Origin: a bacterium
GTDB taxonomy: Bacteria; UBA8248; JACPRG01; G963555815
Assembly: GCA_963555815.3 (NCBI GenBank)
Contig: CAUVWX020000001.1
Span: 448,001-512,000 of the forward strand
Direction: 5' to 3'
Length of the DNA stretch: 64,000 nucleotides
Position 1 is the first letter of the stretch; every line of letters starts with the position of its first letter. Shown one piece after another: positions 37,251-47,754 of the stretch. Under the pieces are notes generated by a model. That model was not told where the DNA came from and ran no database searches. It saw only the letters and a list, made by a program, of their open reading frames with translations. The translations under genes were made by a program, and so were the position numbers.

Positions 37251-38984
37251 TCAGGGGGGCTGGGTGGAGGCGGACGAGGCGGCCATTCCCTCGAGAGCCA
37301 TTTCAAGCTCTTCATAGAGGGTGCGCATCTCGCCTCGGATCGCAGTGGGAAGGGCTTTCAGCTTCTTGCGGGCGTCCGCGAGGACCTGGGCAGTATTGGT
37401 GAGCCCTTCTCCACGCCCTCGCTGGCATGCCTCCTGGATCCTATTCATGGCCGTGCGGACGTAACCGTCGAATTCGTGGACGGCGATCCGCTCAACGGTG
37501 AGCTCATGAAAGTGCACGCCCACGATTCCATGAAAGACGGCGGTCCAGAACTTAGAGGGATTCCTGAAGAGTGTTCGGACCAGGAACTTGCCGTAAGCTC
37601 GTCCATACCGGGACTTTGGGATCATTAAAATGGATTTGATGAAGGCCCAGAGCCGGCGGAAAGTGAACTGGATGGTTCGGCAATTGTTCTTCCCCAGATG
37701 GGCGTAAAGAGTCTCCACGCGCTTGAAGTAGTTCGCCGGTTTCCCGTAGATCTCGTGAAGGACGTTCTTGTAGGCTTTGATCAGTATCTTGGGGTCCTGA
37801 ATGGTCTTGAAATTGAAGCTGAACTCGAAGGTGTTGTTCCCCTCGCGCACGGCGCTGGTGTGGATCAGGCGGCTCTCCTTCTTGAACCGGTCGTAGAGTG
37901 GGCTCCCTGGGACGGCCGTGAGCAACCCCGCCATGGCCGTCGGGATACCCGAGTCTTGAATGAAGTTGATTAGGTGTCTGTCGACATCAGGCGGATCGTT
38001 GTCAAAGCCAATGATGAAACCCGCCGTCACCTCCATGCCGATCCGTTGGACCTTCCTGACCGATTCAAGGAGATCACATTTGACGTTCTGGAGCTTCTTG
38101 GTCTCCCGAAGGCTGGCGTCGATGGGAGTCTCGATCCCCAGGAAGACGGTCTCGAACCCGGCTTCGACCATTCCGGCCATGAGGTCATCGTCCGCCGCCA
38201 GGTTGACGCTGGCCTGGGTGTAGAACCGGAAGGGCCTGTCGTGCGCCTCTTGCCACTGGGTGATGTGCGGCAGGAGGAGCTTGGCAGACTTTTTGTTGCC
38301 GATGAAGTTATCATCCACCCAGAAGATGCTTCCTCGCCAACCCTGCCGGTAGAGCACCTCCAGCTCCGCGATGGACTTGTCGGCGGATTTGTACCGGGTG
38401 GTTTTCCCGAACAGCTCCGGGATGTCGCAAAACTCACACTTAAATGGGCAACCGCGGGACACCTGCATCGCCATGGCCGCGTATTGGTTCAGCCGAATCA
38501 TGTCGTACCGGGGCAGCGGCGACTTGCTGATGTCGGGCCGATCGTTATGGATGTCCAGGATGATCTGCTCCCGCGACGCGATCATCCCGTCGAAGGCCTC
38601 GACGAATTCGGCGTTGTCCGCCTCGCCGAGGACAAAGTGAGGGTGGCCCTTGATCTGCTCGTGGCTGGAGGTCACATCAGGCCCCCCTACAACCACGGGC
38701 ACGCTGGTCTCCTCGCATCGCTCAATGATCCACTCCACAGATGGCCGCTGGACCATCATCCCTCCCGTGAGGACGACGTCCGCCCACGTGAGGTCCGCCG
38801 GCCGCAAGTCCGTGATGTTCAAATCTATCAGGCGGGTGTCGCAGTCCTGGGGGAGCATTCCCGCGACCGTCAACAAACCGAGAGGCGGGTGGGAGGCGTG
38901 CAGGCCAAGGAACTCCAGGGCTCGCTGGTGGCCCCAGAAGCTTTCAGGAAATTTCGGATAGACGAGCAGAACCTGGGTCATCAT
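37251..38984 (-). CDS. B12-binding radical SAM protein, DUF4070 type (HpnP-related superfamily)
   Basis: LVYPKFPESFW, PPLGLLTVA, VVGGP, SRGCPFKCEFC, DDNFIGN, FLGIET and GFIIGFD. Start reassigned to the ATG at 38984. Confidence 0.88.
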   Translation of the reverse strand: MMTQVLLVYPKFPESFWGHQRALEFLGLHASHPPLGLLTVAGMLPQDCDTRLIDLNITDLRPADLTWADVVLTGGMMVQRPSVEWIIERCEETSVPVVVGGPDVTSSHEQIKGHPHFVLGEADNAEFVEAFDGMIASREQIILDIHNDRPDISKSPLPRYDMIRLNQYAAMAMQVSRGCPFKCEFCDIPELFGKTTRYKSADKSIAELEVLYRQGWRGSIFWVDDNFIGNKKSAKLLLPHITQWQEAHDRPFRFYTQASVNLAADDDLMAGMVEAGFETVFLGIETPIDASLRETKKLQNVKCDLLESVRKVQRIGMEVTAGFIIGFDNDPPDVDRHLINFIQDSGIPTAMAGLLTAVPGSPLYDRFKKESRLIHTSAVREGNNTFEFSFNFKTIQDPKILIKAYKNVLHEIYGKPANYFKRVETLYAHLGKNNCRTIQFTFRRLWAFIKSILMIPKSRYGRAYGKFLVRTLFRNPSKFWTAVFHGIVGVHFHELTVERIAVHEFDGYVRTAMNRIQEACQRGRGEGLTNTAQVLADARKKLKALPTAIRGEMRTLYEELEMALEGMAASSASTQPP

Positions 38985-39443
38985 TCTTCCTAGACGAGGT
39001 TGGCGAGTGGCCAAAAATTCTTCTGGAACTGAACACTCACCCACGCTTTGGACCCGCAAGCGGGAACCCCACTTGAGGCAGGTGTGGGCTGCTTCCTGCA
39101 GAGCCTCGACTGGGGGTACCCATTTACCGACATAGATTTAATCGACTCATGGGTTCTTTTTCCCCCAACCTTTTTTCCTGGAACCGATTGTGCTAGTTTC
39201 CGTGGTGAAGTGTACTAGGTTATCGTCCCGGGCACAACCTCCCGTTTGAGATTTCTTCCTTCTCAAGCTGTGGCCCCAGCCCGGTTTTTCCTTTCCGGTG
39301 CAAATGGGCTACCGAAGGAAGCCGTTGCGCCCCCAAATAGGTCTCCTATATACTTGAAAAGTAGCCACTATTGGGCTTGTTCCGCTCTTGATCCGACGGT
39401 TGGAACAGAATTGGGAAACTTGAGTTGGAGCCCCCCCCAGCTA

Positions 39444-40226
39444 ATGCCCTTTGAGCGCATCGAGAGGGAAGGGGTTGTCTTCTATGCCGCCGAGGAGGGA
39501 GACGGGGGGCTTTCGTGCGCCTTCAGCACCCGCCAAGGCGGTGTGAGCGAAGGCCGATGTGCCTCTATGAACCTGGGCCTCACCAGGCATGACCCGAAGG
39601 AGAATGTCCTGGAGAATCGGCGCAGGTTCGAGATGGCAGCGGGCTTTTCGCGGCCGAAGATGCTTCGCCAAGTCCATAGCGCCACCGTCCTCGACATTCC
39701 CAGCGAAGAGGAGGATGGGGTCCAGGAGGGCGATGCCCTTGTCTCAGGCACCTTCGGCCGGGCCCTCGGCATCCTGACCGCAGACTGTCTTCCCGTCATC
39801 CTCCACGACCCGGTCCCCTCCGCCATCGGCATTGCCCATGCAAGCCGCGTGGGGACAGCGCAGGGGGTCTCGGCCGCCGCCGTGAAGAAGATGGTGGACC
39901 GGCACGGGGCCGACCCCTCGCGCCTTCGCGCCTACCTCGGCCCCGGCATCGGACCCTGTTGCTATGAAGTGGGAAAGGACGTCCTGGGGGACTATCAGAG
40001 GAGAGTCCCGGGCTGGCGCGAGTTCGCCACCCCCCGTGGGGAGGATAGATTTGCGCTGGACCTCTGGGGGCTAAACCGAAGCCAGCTTGAGTCAGCGGGG
40101 GTCCCGGCGCGGCAGATCCACTGCCTCGATCTGTGCACTGCCTGCCGACCTGAGGAGTTTTTCTCCTACCGCCGGGACGGCCTCGGGACCGGTCGGATGA
40201 TGAGCGTCGTTTTCTTGAAAGGCTGA
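39444..40226 (+). CDS. pgeF: Peptidoglycan editing factor PgeF/YfiH
   Basis: STRQGGVS, MNLG, QVHS, TADCLP, GPGIGPCCYEVG, CTAC and FFSYRR; start reassigned to the ATG at 39444. Confidence 0.88.
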   Translation: MPFERIEREGVVFYAAEEGDGGLSCAFSTRQGGVSEGRCASMNLGLTRHDPKENVLENRRRFEMAAGFSRPKMLRQVHSATVLDIPSEEEDGVQEGDALVSGTFGRALGILTADCLPVILHDPVPSAIGIAHASRVGTAQGVSAAAVKKMVDRHGADPSRLRAYLGPGIGPCCYEVGKDVLGDYQRRVPGWREFATPRGEDRFALDLWGLNRSQLESAGVPARQIHCLDLCTACRPEEFFSYRRDGLGTGRMMSVVFLKG

Positions 40227-40297
40227 TGAGCCCTGGCTCTGCAGAATTCTGGATCTTCTAGGGAGCCGTCCCACCACCCTATTCTCCCAAGGTCGGA

Positions 40298-40531
40298 TTG
40301 ATGGGTTGGTTTCGCCACATATTGGCCGTGGGCCGAAAGATCCAGAAGGCCCTTGCCTTTCTGCTACTCCTCTTGAGCTATCTGTTGGTCATTGGCCCTT
40401 ACCACTATCTTTTCCTCCTCCGCAGGAAAGACGACTCCGGGTCCCTCTGGGGGCCCATGGCGCGTCGGGGCCGGTGGCATGAGAAGAAGAGATCCCCCTG
40501 CAACCCGCAATCTTTGAGAAAGCCTTATTGA
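40298..40531 (+). CDS. Small membrane protein, SxtJ-like
   Basis: One hydrophobic helix (LAFLLLLLSYLLVIGP) then RKD...W...KPY, resembling the SxtJ C-terminal half; lies upstream of a carbamoyltransferase. Confidence 0.6.
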   Translation: MMGWFRHILAVGRKIQKALAFLLLLLSYLLVIGPYHYLFLLRRKDDSGSLWGPMARRGRWHEKKRSPCNPQSLRKPY

Positions 40532-40579
40532 TCGGCGAGTGAAAAGGCTTTCTGACCCAATCCCATATCTGAAGGGATC

Positions 40580-41515
40580 ATGAAACCCAACAGCGAGACA
40601 CCGAACCGGATAGAGGGTCCCGATATGAAGGGCCTCGGGCGGGATTCCCCCGGGGCACGCGTCGGGGAGACGGTGAAGGCCTTTTATGAGGAGTACCCCT
40701 TCCCCGGCTTCGACCTTCAGAAATACAGCTTCAGGAGGGACCTTTACCTGGCGGCGAGCTGGTACGCCAGGCTGATCGACCGGAGCATCCCTTCGGGCGT
40801 GAGGGTCGTAGATTTGGGATGCGGCACAGGGCAGCTGGCCCTCCTGTTGGGCCTAAAAAACCGCGAGGTCCTCGGGGTCGACTTTTCAAGACGGTCGGTG
40901 GAGAAAGCCCGGGCCTTGAAAGAAAAGCTGAAGGTGGAGAATACGGAGTTTCAAGAAGGAAACTTACTTTCTCTTCCCATTGCGGACGAGTCCTTTGATT
41001 ACACCCTTTGCAACGGCGTCTTACACCACACGGCGGACCCCTTCGCCGGATTTCGAAATCTCTGTCGAATCCTGCGGCCGAGGGGATACCTGGTCCTTGG
41101 CCTTTACAACCGATACGGCAGGGCCATCCACGGGCTCCGCCAAAAATGGGTCCAACTCAGAAAATCCACCCATCAGAGCCACGCGGCGGAAGATTTTTTT
41201 AAGCGCCAGTTCATCCACCGGGAACATGATGAGGAAAAAAAGGAGAGCTGGTTTGCGGATCAGTTCCTCCATCCCCATGAGTCCTGCCACACGGTCTCCG
41301 AGGTCCTGGGGTGGTTTCGATCCCAGGGGGTGCGCTACGTGTCGTCCCTTCCCCCCATCGAGTCCTTCGCGCGCATCCCCTCTCACCTCCTTCGGAGGTC
41401 ATCCGGCGGTCGGTTTCTCTCAAACCCCTTCGCTCACCTCTTGGTCCAGGGGGCCTGGATTTTCAGCCAGCATCATGCCGGGGGCTACTTCGTGATAATC
41501 GGGCAGAAGGAATGA
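40580..41515 (+). CDS. Class I SAM-dependent methyltransferase
   Basis: VDLGCGTG, GVDFS, FDY, GVLHH and WFADQFLHPHE motifs. Confidence 0.88.
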   Translation: MKPNSETPNRIEGPDMKGLGRDSPGARVGETVKAFYEEYPFPGFDLQKYSFRRDLYLAASWYARLIDRSIPSGVRVVDLGCGTGQLALLLGLKNREVLGVDFSRRSVEKARALKEKLKVENTEFQEGNLLSLPIADESFDYTLCNGVLHHTADPFAGFRNLCRILRPRGYLVLGLYNRYGRAIHGLRQKWVQLRKSTHQSHAAEDFFKRQFIHREHDEEKKESWFADQFLHPHESCHTVSEVLGWFRSQGVRYVSSLPPIESFARIPSHLLRRSSGGRFLSNPFAHLLVQGAWIFSQHHAGGYFVIIGQKE

Positions 41516-43263
41516 TGGCGCAGTCAATGCGACCATCCACGCGGGTTTCATCGAGAGGGCCCCGCCACTCCCCGCCTTTCATCCTCGGGGTCTCTTGTTT
41601 TTTCCATGACGCCGCGGCCTGTCTCATGCAGGGCGGAAGGGTGGTGGCCGCGACCCAGGAGGAACGCTTCTCCCGCCGGAAGAATGACCCGGAATTTCCA
41701 CTCCAGGCCATTGAGTACTGCCTTTCAGAGGCGGGGATCGGCGTGGATGATATCCATTGCGTCGGCTTTTACGAGAAGCCGCTCCTTCGCTTCCTTCGCC
41801 TTCTGCGCACCTATATCGATAATTTTCCTCGGGGTTTCCCCTCTTATCGGAAGGCGATGGGCCTGTGGCTGAAGCAGAAGCGCTGGATCCCCCGTTTCCT
41901 GCGAAGAGAGCTGGGGTATGACGGCGAGATCTATTACATCGACCATCACCTTTCCCATGCGGCCAGCGCCTTCTACTTCTCCCCTTTCGAGCGGGCGGCG
42001 ATCCTGACCGTGGATGGGGTCGGCGAATGGGCGACCACCACCCTCGGCACAGGAGAGGGCCATGAGGTCAGGGTCGACAGGGAGATCCATTTTCCTCATT
42101 CCCTTGGATTGCTCTACAGCGCCTTCACCCAGTATCTGGGCTTCGAGGTGAACGAGGGGGAGTACAAGGTGATGGGACTCGCCCCTTATGGACAACCCCG
42201 CTACGCTCGGGAACTGGACGAGGTCATCCAGGTCGACGGCTCAGGTATTTTTTCCCTCAACCGCAGGTACTTCTCCTTCGAATACGAACTGGAAATGATC
42301 AACCGAAAGTTCGAGACCCTTTTTGGCCTCTCGCGCCGAAAACCCGAAACCCCGCTCCTTCCGGCCCATCGGAACATCGCAGCCAGTGTACAGAAGAAGC
42401 TAGAAGAGGCCCTGCTCCATTTGGCTCAGCGGGCCCACGCCCTGACGGGTTTTCCAGACCTCGTCCTGGCCGGTGGGGTCGCGTTAAATTGCGTGGCCAA
42501 CAGCCGCATCTTGAGGGAGGGTCCTTTTCAACGGATCTTTGTCCAGCCGGCGGCGGGAGATGCGGGCGGCGCCATGGGCGTGGCTGCCTTCCTCGCCCAC
42601 GGGTTGGATTCCAAGTGCCCCCGGGAACCCCTTCGCCACGTCTACCTCGGCCCCGGATTTGAAACCTTCGAAATAAAATCCTTCTTGAGTCAGGAGGGTT
42701 GCCCCTTCCAAGAATATGAAGAGCCGAAACTCCTTGAAGAAACGGCGCGACTATTGGCGGAGGGGAAGGTGGTGGGCTGGTTTCAGGGAAGGATGGAGTG
42801 GGGCCCCAGGGCCTTGGGTAATCGAAGTATATTGGCCGACCCCCGCAGGGAAAACATGAAGGACATCCTCAACCAAAAGGTAAAATGGAGAGAACCATTC
42901 CGCCCTTTTGCGCCCGCGATCGTCCTAGAGGAAGGCCCCGCTTACTTTGAGATGGATGGGGCGAGCCCCTTTATGCTCTTTACCTATCCGGTCAAGCGGC
43001 CCCAGGATATCCCCGCCGTTACCCATGTCGACGGATCGTCCCGGGTTCAGACGGTGGCGGAAGAAGAAAATCCTCGGTTTTACAAGCTCTTGAAAGCCTT
43101 CCAGCATGTCGCCGGGATCCCGGTCCTCATCAACACCTCCTTTAACCTGCGCGGAGAACCCATTGTTTGCACCCCGGTGGAGGCCTACGATAGTTTCATG
43201 AAGACTGATATTGACGTCTTGGTCCTCGATCGATTTATCATCAAAAAGAGGGAGGACCTTTGA
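41512..43263 (+). CDS. O-carbamoyltransferase (NodU/CmcH/SxtI family)
   Basis: HDAAA, QEERFSR, HHLSHAAS, DGVGE, GEYKVMGLAPYG, AGGVALNC, GPRALGNRS, RPFAP and NTSFN; start reassigned to the ATG at 41512 (ATGA overlap). Confidence 0.93.
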   Translation: MMAQSMRPSTRVSSRGPRHSPPFILGVSCFFHDAAACLMQGGRVVAATQEERFSRRKNDPEFPLQAIEYCLSEAGIGVDDIHCVGFYEKPLLRFLRLLRTYIDNFPRGFPSYRKAMGLWLKQKRWIPRFLRRELGYDGEIYYIDHHLSHAASAFYFSPFERAAILTVDGVGEWATTTLGTGEGHEVRVDREIHFPHSLGLLYSAFTQYLGFEVNEGEYKVMGLAPYGQPRYARELDEVIQVDGSGIFSLNRRYFSFEYELEMINRKFETLFGLSRRKPETPLLPAHRNIAASVQKKLEEALLHLAQRAHALTGFPDLVLAGGVALNCVANSRILREGPFQRIFVQPAAGDAGGAMGVAAFLAHGLDSKCPREPLRHVYLGPGFETFEIKSFLSQEGCPFQEYEEPKLLEETARLLAEGKVVGWFQGRMEWGPRALGNRSILADPRRENMKDILNQKVKWREPFRPFAPAIVLEEGPAYFEMDGASPFMLFTYPVKRPQDIPAVTHVDGSSRVQTVAEEENPRFYKLLKAFQHVAGIPVLINTSFNLRGEPIVCTPVEAYDSFMKTDIDVLVLDRFIIKKREDL

Positions 43264-43424
43264 TGGCCCGGACGGACTCCTTTTTCTTTTCTCTGCTCTC
43301 AATGGCGTGGGACTACAAGCTTTGGTGGCTCATCCCGATCCTGATCATTCTTGTGGGTCTGGCGTTCCTTCTCTTCGTGGCGGAGAGCAGTTTCCTCTCC
43401 CCCTTCATTTACACGCTGTTTTAG
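43263..43424 (+). CDS. 53-aa membrane peptide, SxtK/DUF5989-like
   Basis: Not in the ORF track. Translates MARTDSFFFSLLSMAWDYKLWWLIPILIILVGLAFLLFVAESSFLSPFIYTLF*, with KxWWLxP and PFIYTLF hallmarks; TGATG overlap with the carbamoyltransferase and a GGAGG SD. Confidence 0.85.
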   Translation: MARTDSFFFSLLSMAWDYKLWWLIPILIILVGLAFLLFVAESSFLSPFIYTLF

Positions 43425-43491
43425 TGCAGGTATAGTTCACGCCAGAAATACCGATTGTCGTTTTACCCTGATTGCAAATTCGGAGGAAGAG

Positions 43492-43737
43492 ATGGGCGAG
43501 GCAGAGGATCTGGCACAAGCGCGTCAGAAATTTATAGACCTCGTGAAACAACTGGACGAGGGAGTTAAGTGCGTCGTCCCCACAGGGCCCGCCGCTGGGA
43601 ACTTCCTCATCGCCCTATCCAAAGGGTCCCAGCAGAAGCGAATCACCATCAGCGAGGACGATATGCTGGAGCTCCTTGAAGATGAGAAATTAGTGATGGA
43701 GACGGTCCGCCAAGCCATCGCAGAGTTGGACGCCTAA
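43492..43737 (+). CDS. Hypothetical protein (81 aa)
   Basis: GGAGG SD before the ATG at 43492; reads MGEAEDLAQARQKF...AIAELDA. Confidence 0.65.
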   Translation: MGEAEDLAQARQKFIDLVKQLDEGVKCVVPTGPAAGNFLIALSKGSQQKRITISEDDMLELLEDEKLVMETVRQAIAELDA

Positions 43738-43769
43738 AACCCGCCCTTTTTTCGCCTCCTGAAAGCTAC

Positions 43770-45632
43770 TTATTCCAGATACCCAAGGGAGCGGAGTCTC
43801 TCCTGCGTGGCGGGGTCCAGGGTGACCGCCTCGGGGGGAAGCGCCGCCCGAAGGGCCGCCTGGTGCACCTCCTGAAGGTGCTCGGCCAGCTTTTGTGCGG
43901 AGGGGTGTCCGTTCGAGGCCAGATCTCTTGTCTCGCGAGGATCTTCTTTCAGGTCGTAGAGGGACTCAGGGGGAAGGCCCCGGGGGTTTTCCGGGTTTGC
44001 CTCAATCCACTTCAAGCGATCGGTCCGAAGGGAGAAGAGCTTGTGCCCCTCGAGGTTCTGCTCGGAAAAGATGAAGGGGGCAGCCTGAATATCCTCGCGA
44101 AGGACGGCGAGAAGGCTCCTCCCCTGAATTTTTGGCCCCGGCGAAAGTCCCGCCGCCTCCAGGATGGTCGGGGCGATATCGATGAGCCCGGCGAGTCCGT
44201 CCAAGGCGACCCCCCTTCCCTCCCCCTTCGGAAACTTGATAATGAGGGGAACCCGGATCTGTTCCTCAAAGAGGCTCGTCCCGTGCCACCAGCCGCGGTG
44301 TTCATAAAACTCCTCGCCGTGGTCGGCCGTGAGGAGGACGAGTGAGTCCTCGTAGAGACTCTCTTGCTTCAGGAAGGCGAGAAATTTTCCCACCTCCCGG
44401 TCCAGGTATCTTATCTCGCCCTCGTAGGTCTCCCGATATGTCTCCGCCAGGGTGGGGTCCGGACTGGGGTTTTCAATACGGGCGTAGGCCGTTCCGTCAA
44501 AAGGGTGGGCGAAGTATGGGTCGTGAGGGTCCATATAGTGGACGAGGAGGAAAAAAGGGCGCGCCCGGTTTTCCCGAAGCCACCCCATCGTCTCCGCGTT
44601 GACATCTCCGGCTGGCCAATAAAACTCCCGGGGGCTACGGGGTGCCCCCAAAAATCTTCCCCTCGCCGTCAGAAAAGCCCGGTAGAGGACCAGGTGGACA
44701 CCCGCCTCGGGGGCCAGCCAGGGGAGGTCCGGCTTTAGGTAGCGGTAACGGGAGAAACCCTGCTGGAAGTTGAAGGTGGGAGAGATATTCACGTTATTGG
44801 CGAAGCCAACGGTCGTGTATCCGTTCGCCTGCAGAACCTCGGGAAACGTGAGGACCTCGTCGGGGAGTTTGTCCACCTTGTGGATGGCCTGGTGGGTGGA
44901 GGGGTAGAGCCCGGTCAGGATCGTGGCAATAGAGGGCTTTGTCCAGGAGGCGGGGGCAAAGGCGTGACGAAAGAGTGTCCCCTCGCGGGCTAATCGGTCT
45001 ATCTCGGGGCTCGTCTCACGAGGATTTCCGTAGATGGAGAGGTGATCGGCCCGAAGGGTATCGACCAGGATAAGGATGACGTTGGGCCTTTGGACCGCCT
45101 CGGATGGGACAAAAACCGAAGGGACCTCGGCCCGCCCGGTCAGGAGATATCCCAGGCCGACCGCCCCAATAAAAAGCACTACCGTCCCAAGGGGAGGAAC
45201 AAGGGGCCTCTGTCGAAAAAATTTTCCCAAAAATTTCACAGTCAAGTAACCAAAGACACAGGCCAGCGCCGCCACGCCCAAGGTCAGAAGGCCTGAGCCG
45301 ACAGGAAAACTTCTCGCCCCCTCTTCCAAAAGGTCTCGAAGGAGTCTCGTGCGGGCGACATAGAAAGCCATCGCCCAGAAGAGGGACGAGAAGGTGATCC
45401 AGAAGGCACCCTCCGGCGAGGGTTTTGAAAAGGATTTTTTGAGGAGGAGGAGGAGAAGCCCAACGCCGAGGCCGAGCACAAGGCCCGTCAAACCATAGAG
45501 GGCGGCGCCATAGGGGACCGCGCGGCCTGCCCCGGGATCTGCGCTCAAGAAAAAGACAAAAAGACCTTCTGCGAGCCCGAGGACAGTCCCGCCAAGAAGG
45601 CCCCCTGTTCCGCTTCTGACGATGGTATTCAG
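43770..45632 (-). CDS. Membrane-anchored sulfatase/alkaline-phosphatase superfamily hydrolase or transferase
   Basis: N-terminal transmembrane helices; PNVILILVDTLRADH, SWTKPS, HYMDPHDPY, TADHGEEF and RLRSLGY. The frame is open upstream to a CTG at 45632 (alternative start TTG 45548). Confidence 0.85.
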   Translation of the reverse strand: MNTIVRSGTGGLLGGTVLGLAEGLFVFFLSADPGAGRAVPYGAALYGLTGLVLGLGVGLLLLLLKKSFSKPSPEGAFWITFSSLFWAMAFYVARTRLLRDLLEEGARSFPVGSGLLTLGVAALACVFGYLTVKFLGKFFRQRPLVPPLGTVVLFIGAVGLGYLLTGRAEVPSVFVPSEAVQRPNVILILVDTLRADHLSIYGNPRETSPEIDRLAREGTLFRHAFAPASWTKPSIATILTGLYPSTHQAIHKVDKLPDEVLTFPEVLQANGYTTVGFANNVNISPTFNFQQGFSRYRYLKPDLPWLAPEAGVHLVLYRAFLTARGRFLGAPRSPREFYWPAGDVNAETMGWLRENRARPFFLLVHYMDPHDPYFAHPFDGTAYARIENPSPDPTLAETYRETYEGEIRYLDREVGKFLAFLKQESLYEDSLVLLTADHGEEFYEHRGWWHGTSLFEEQIRVPLIIKFPKGEGRGVALDGLAGLIDIAPTILEAAGLSPGPKIQGRSLLAVLREDIQAAPFIFSEQNLEGHKLFSLRTDRLKWIEANPENPRGLPPESLYDLKEDPRETRDLASNGHPSAQKLAEHLQEVHQAALRAALPPEAVTLDPATQERLRSLGYLE

Positions 45633-45705
45633 ATTTTTCCCCTTTCCTTATAAAACCCGCAGTGCGGCGAAGCTCCTTATATCTTAATGGAGCTTTTGTG
45701 CTGGG

Positions 45706-47754
<2,049 letters not shown>

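Noticed and set aside
39245..39267. TTTGAGA-N9-TCTCAAG as a second HAIR site
   Set aside because: The spacing is 9, not 7, and the flanking genes are not heat-shock genes; kept only as a generic palindrome.
38985..39443. Possible cobalamin riboswitch upstream of the B12 radical SAM gene
   Set aside because: I could not find the B12-box or GCCACTG/GGGAAG elements in the right arrangement; an Rfam scan would be decisive.
40298..43424. Saxitoxin biosynthesis
   Set aside because: Only SxtI/J/K-like components are present; no sxtA, sxtG or other core genes are in the window.
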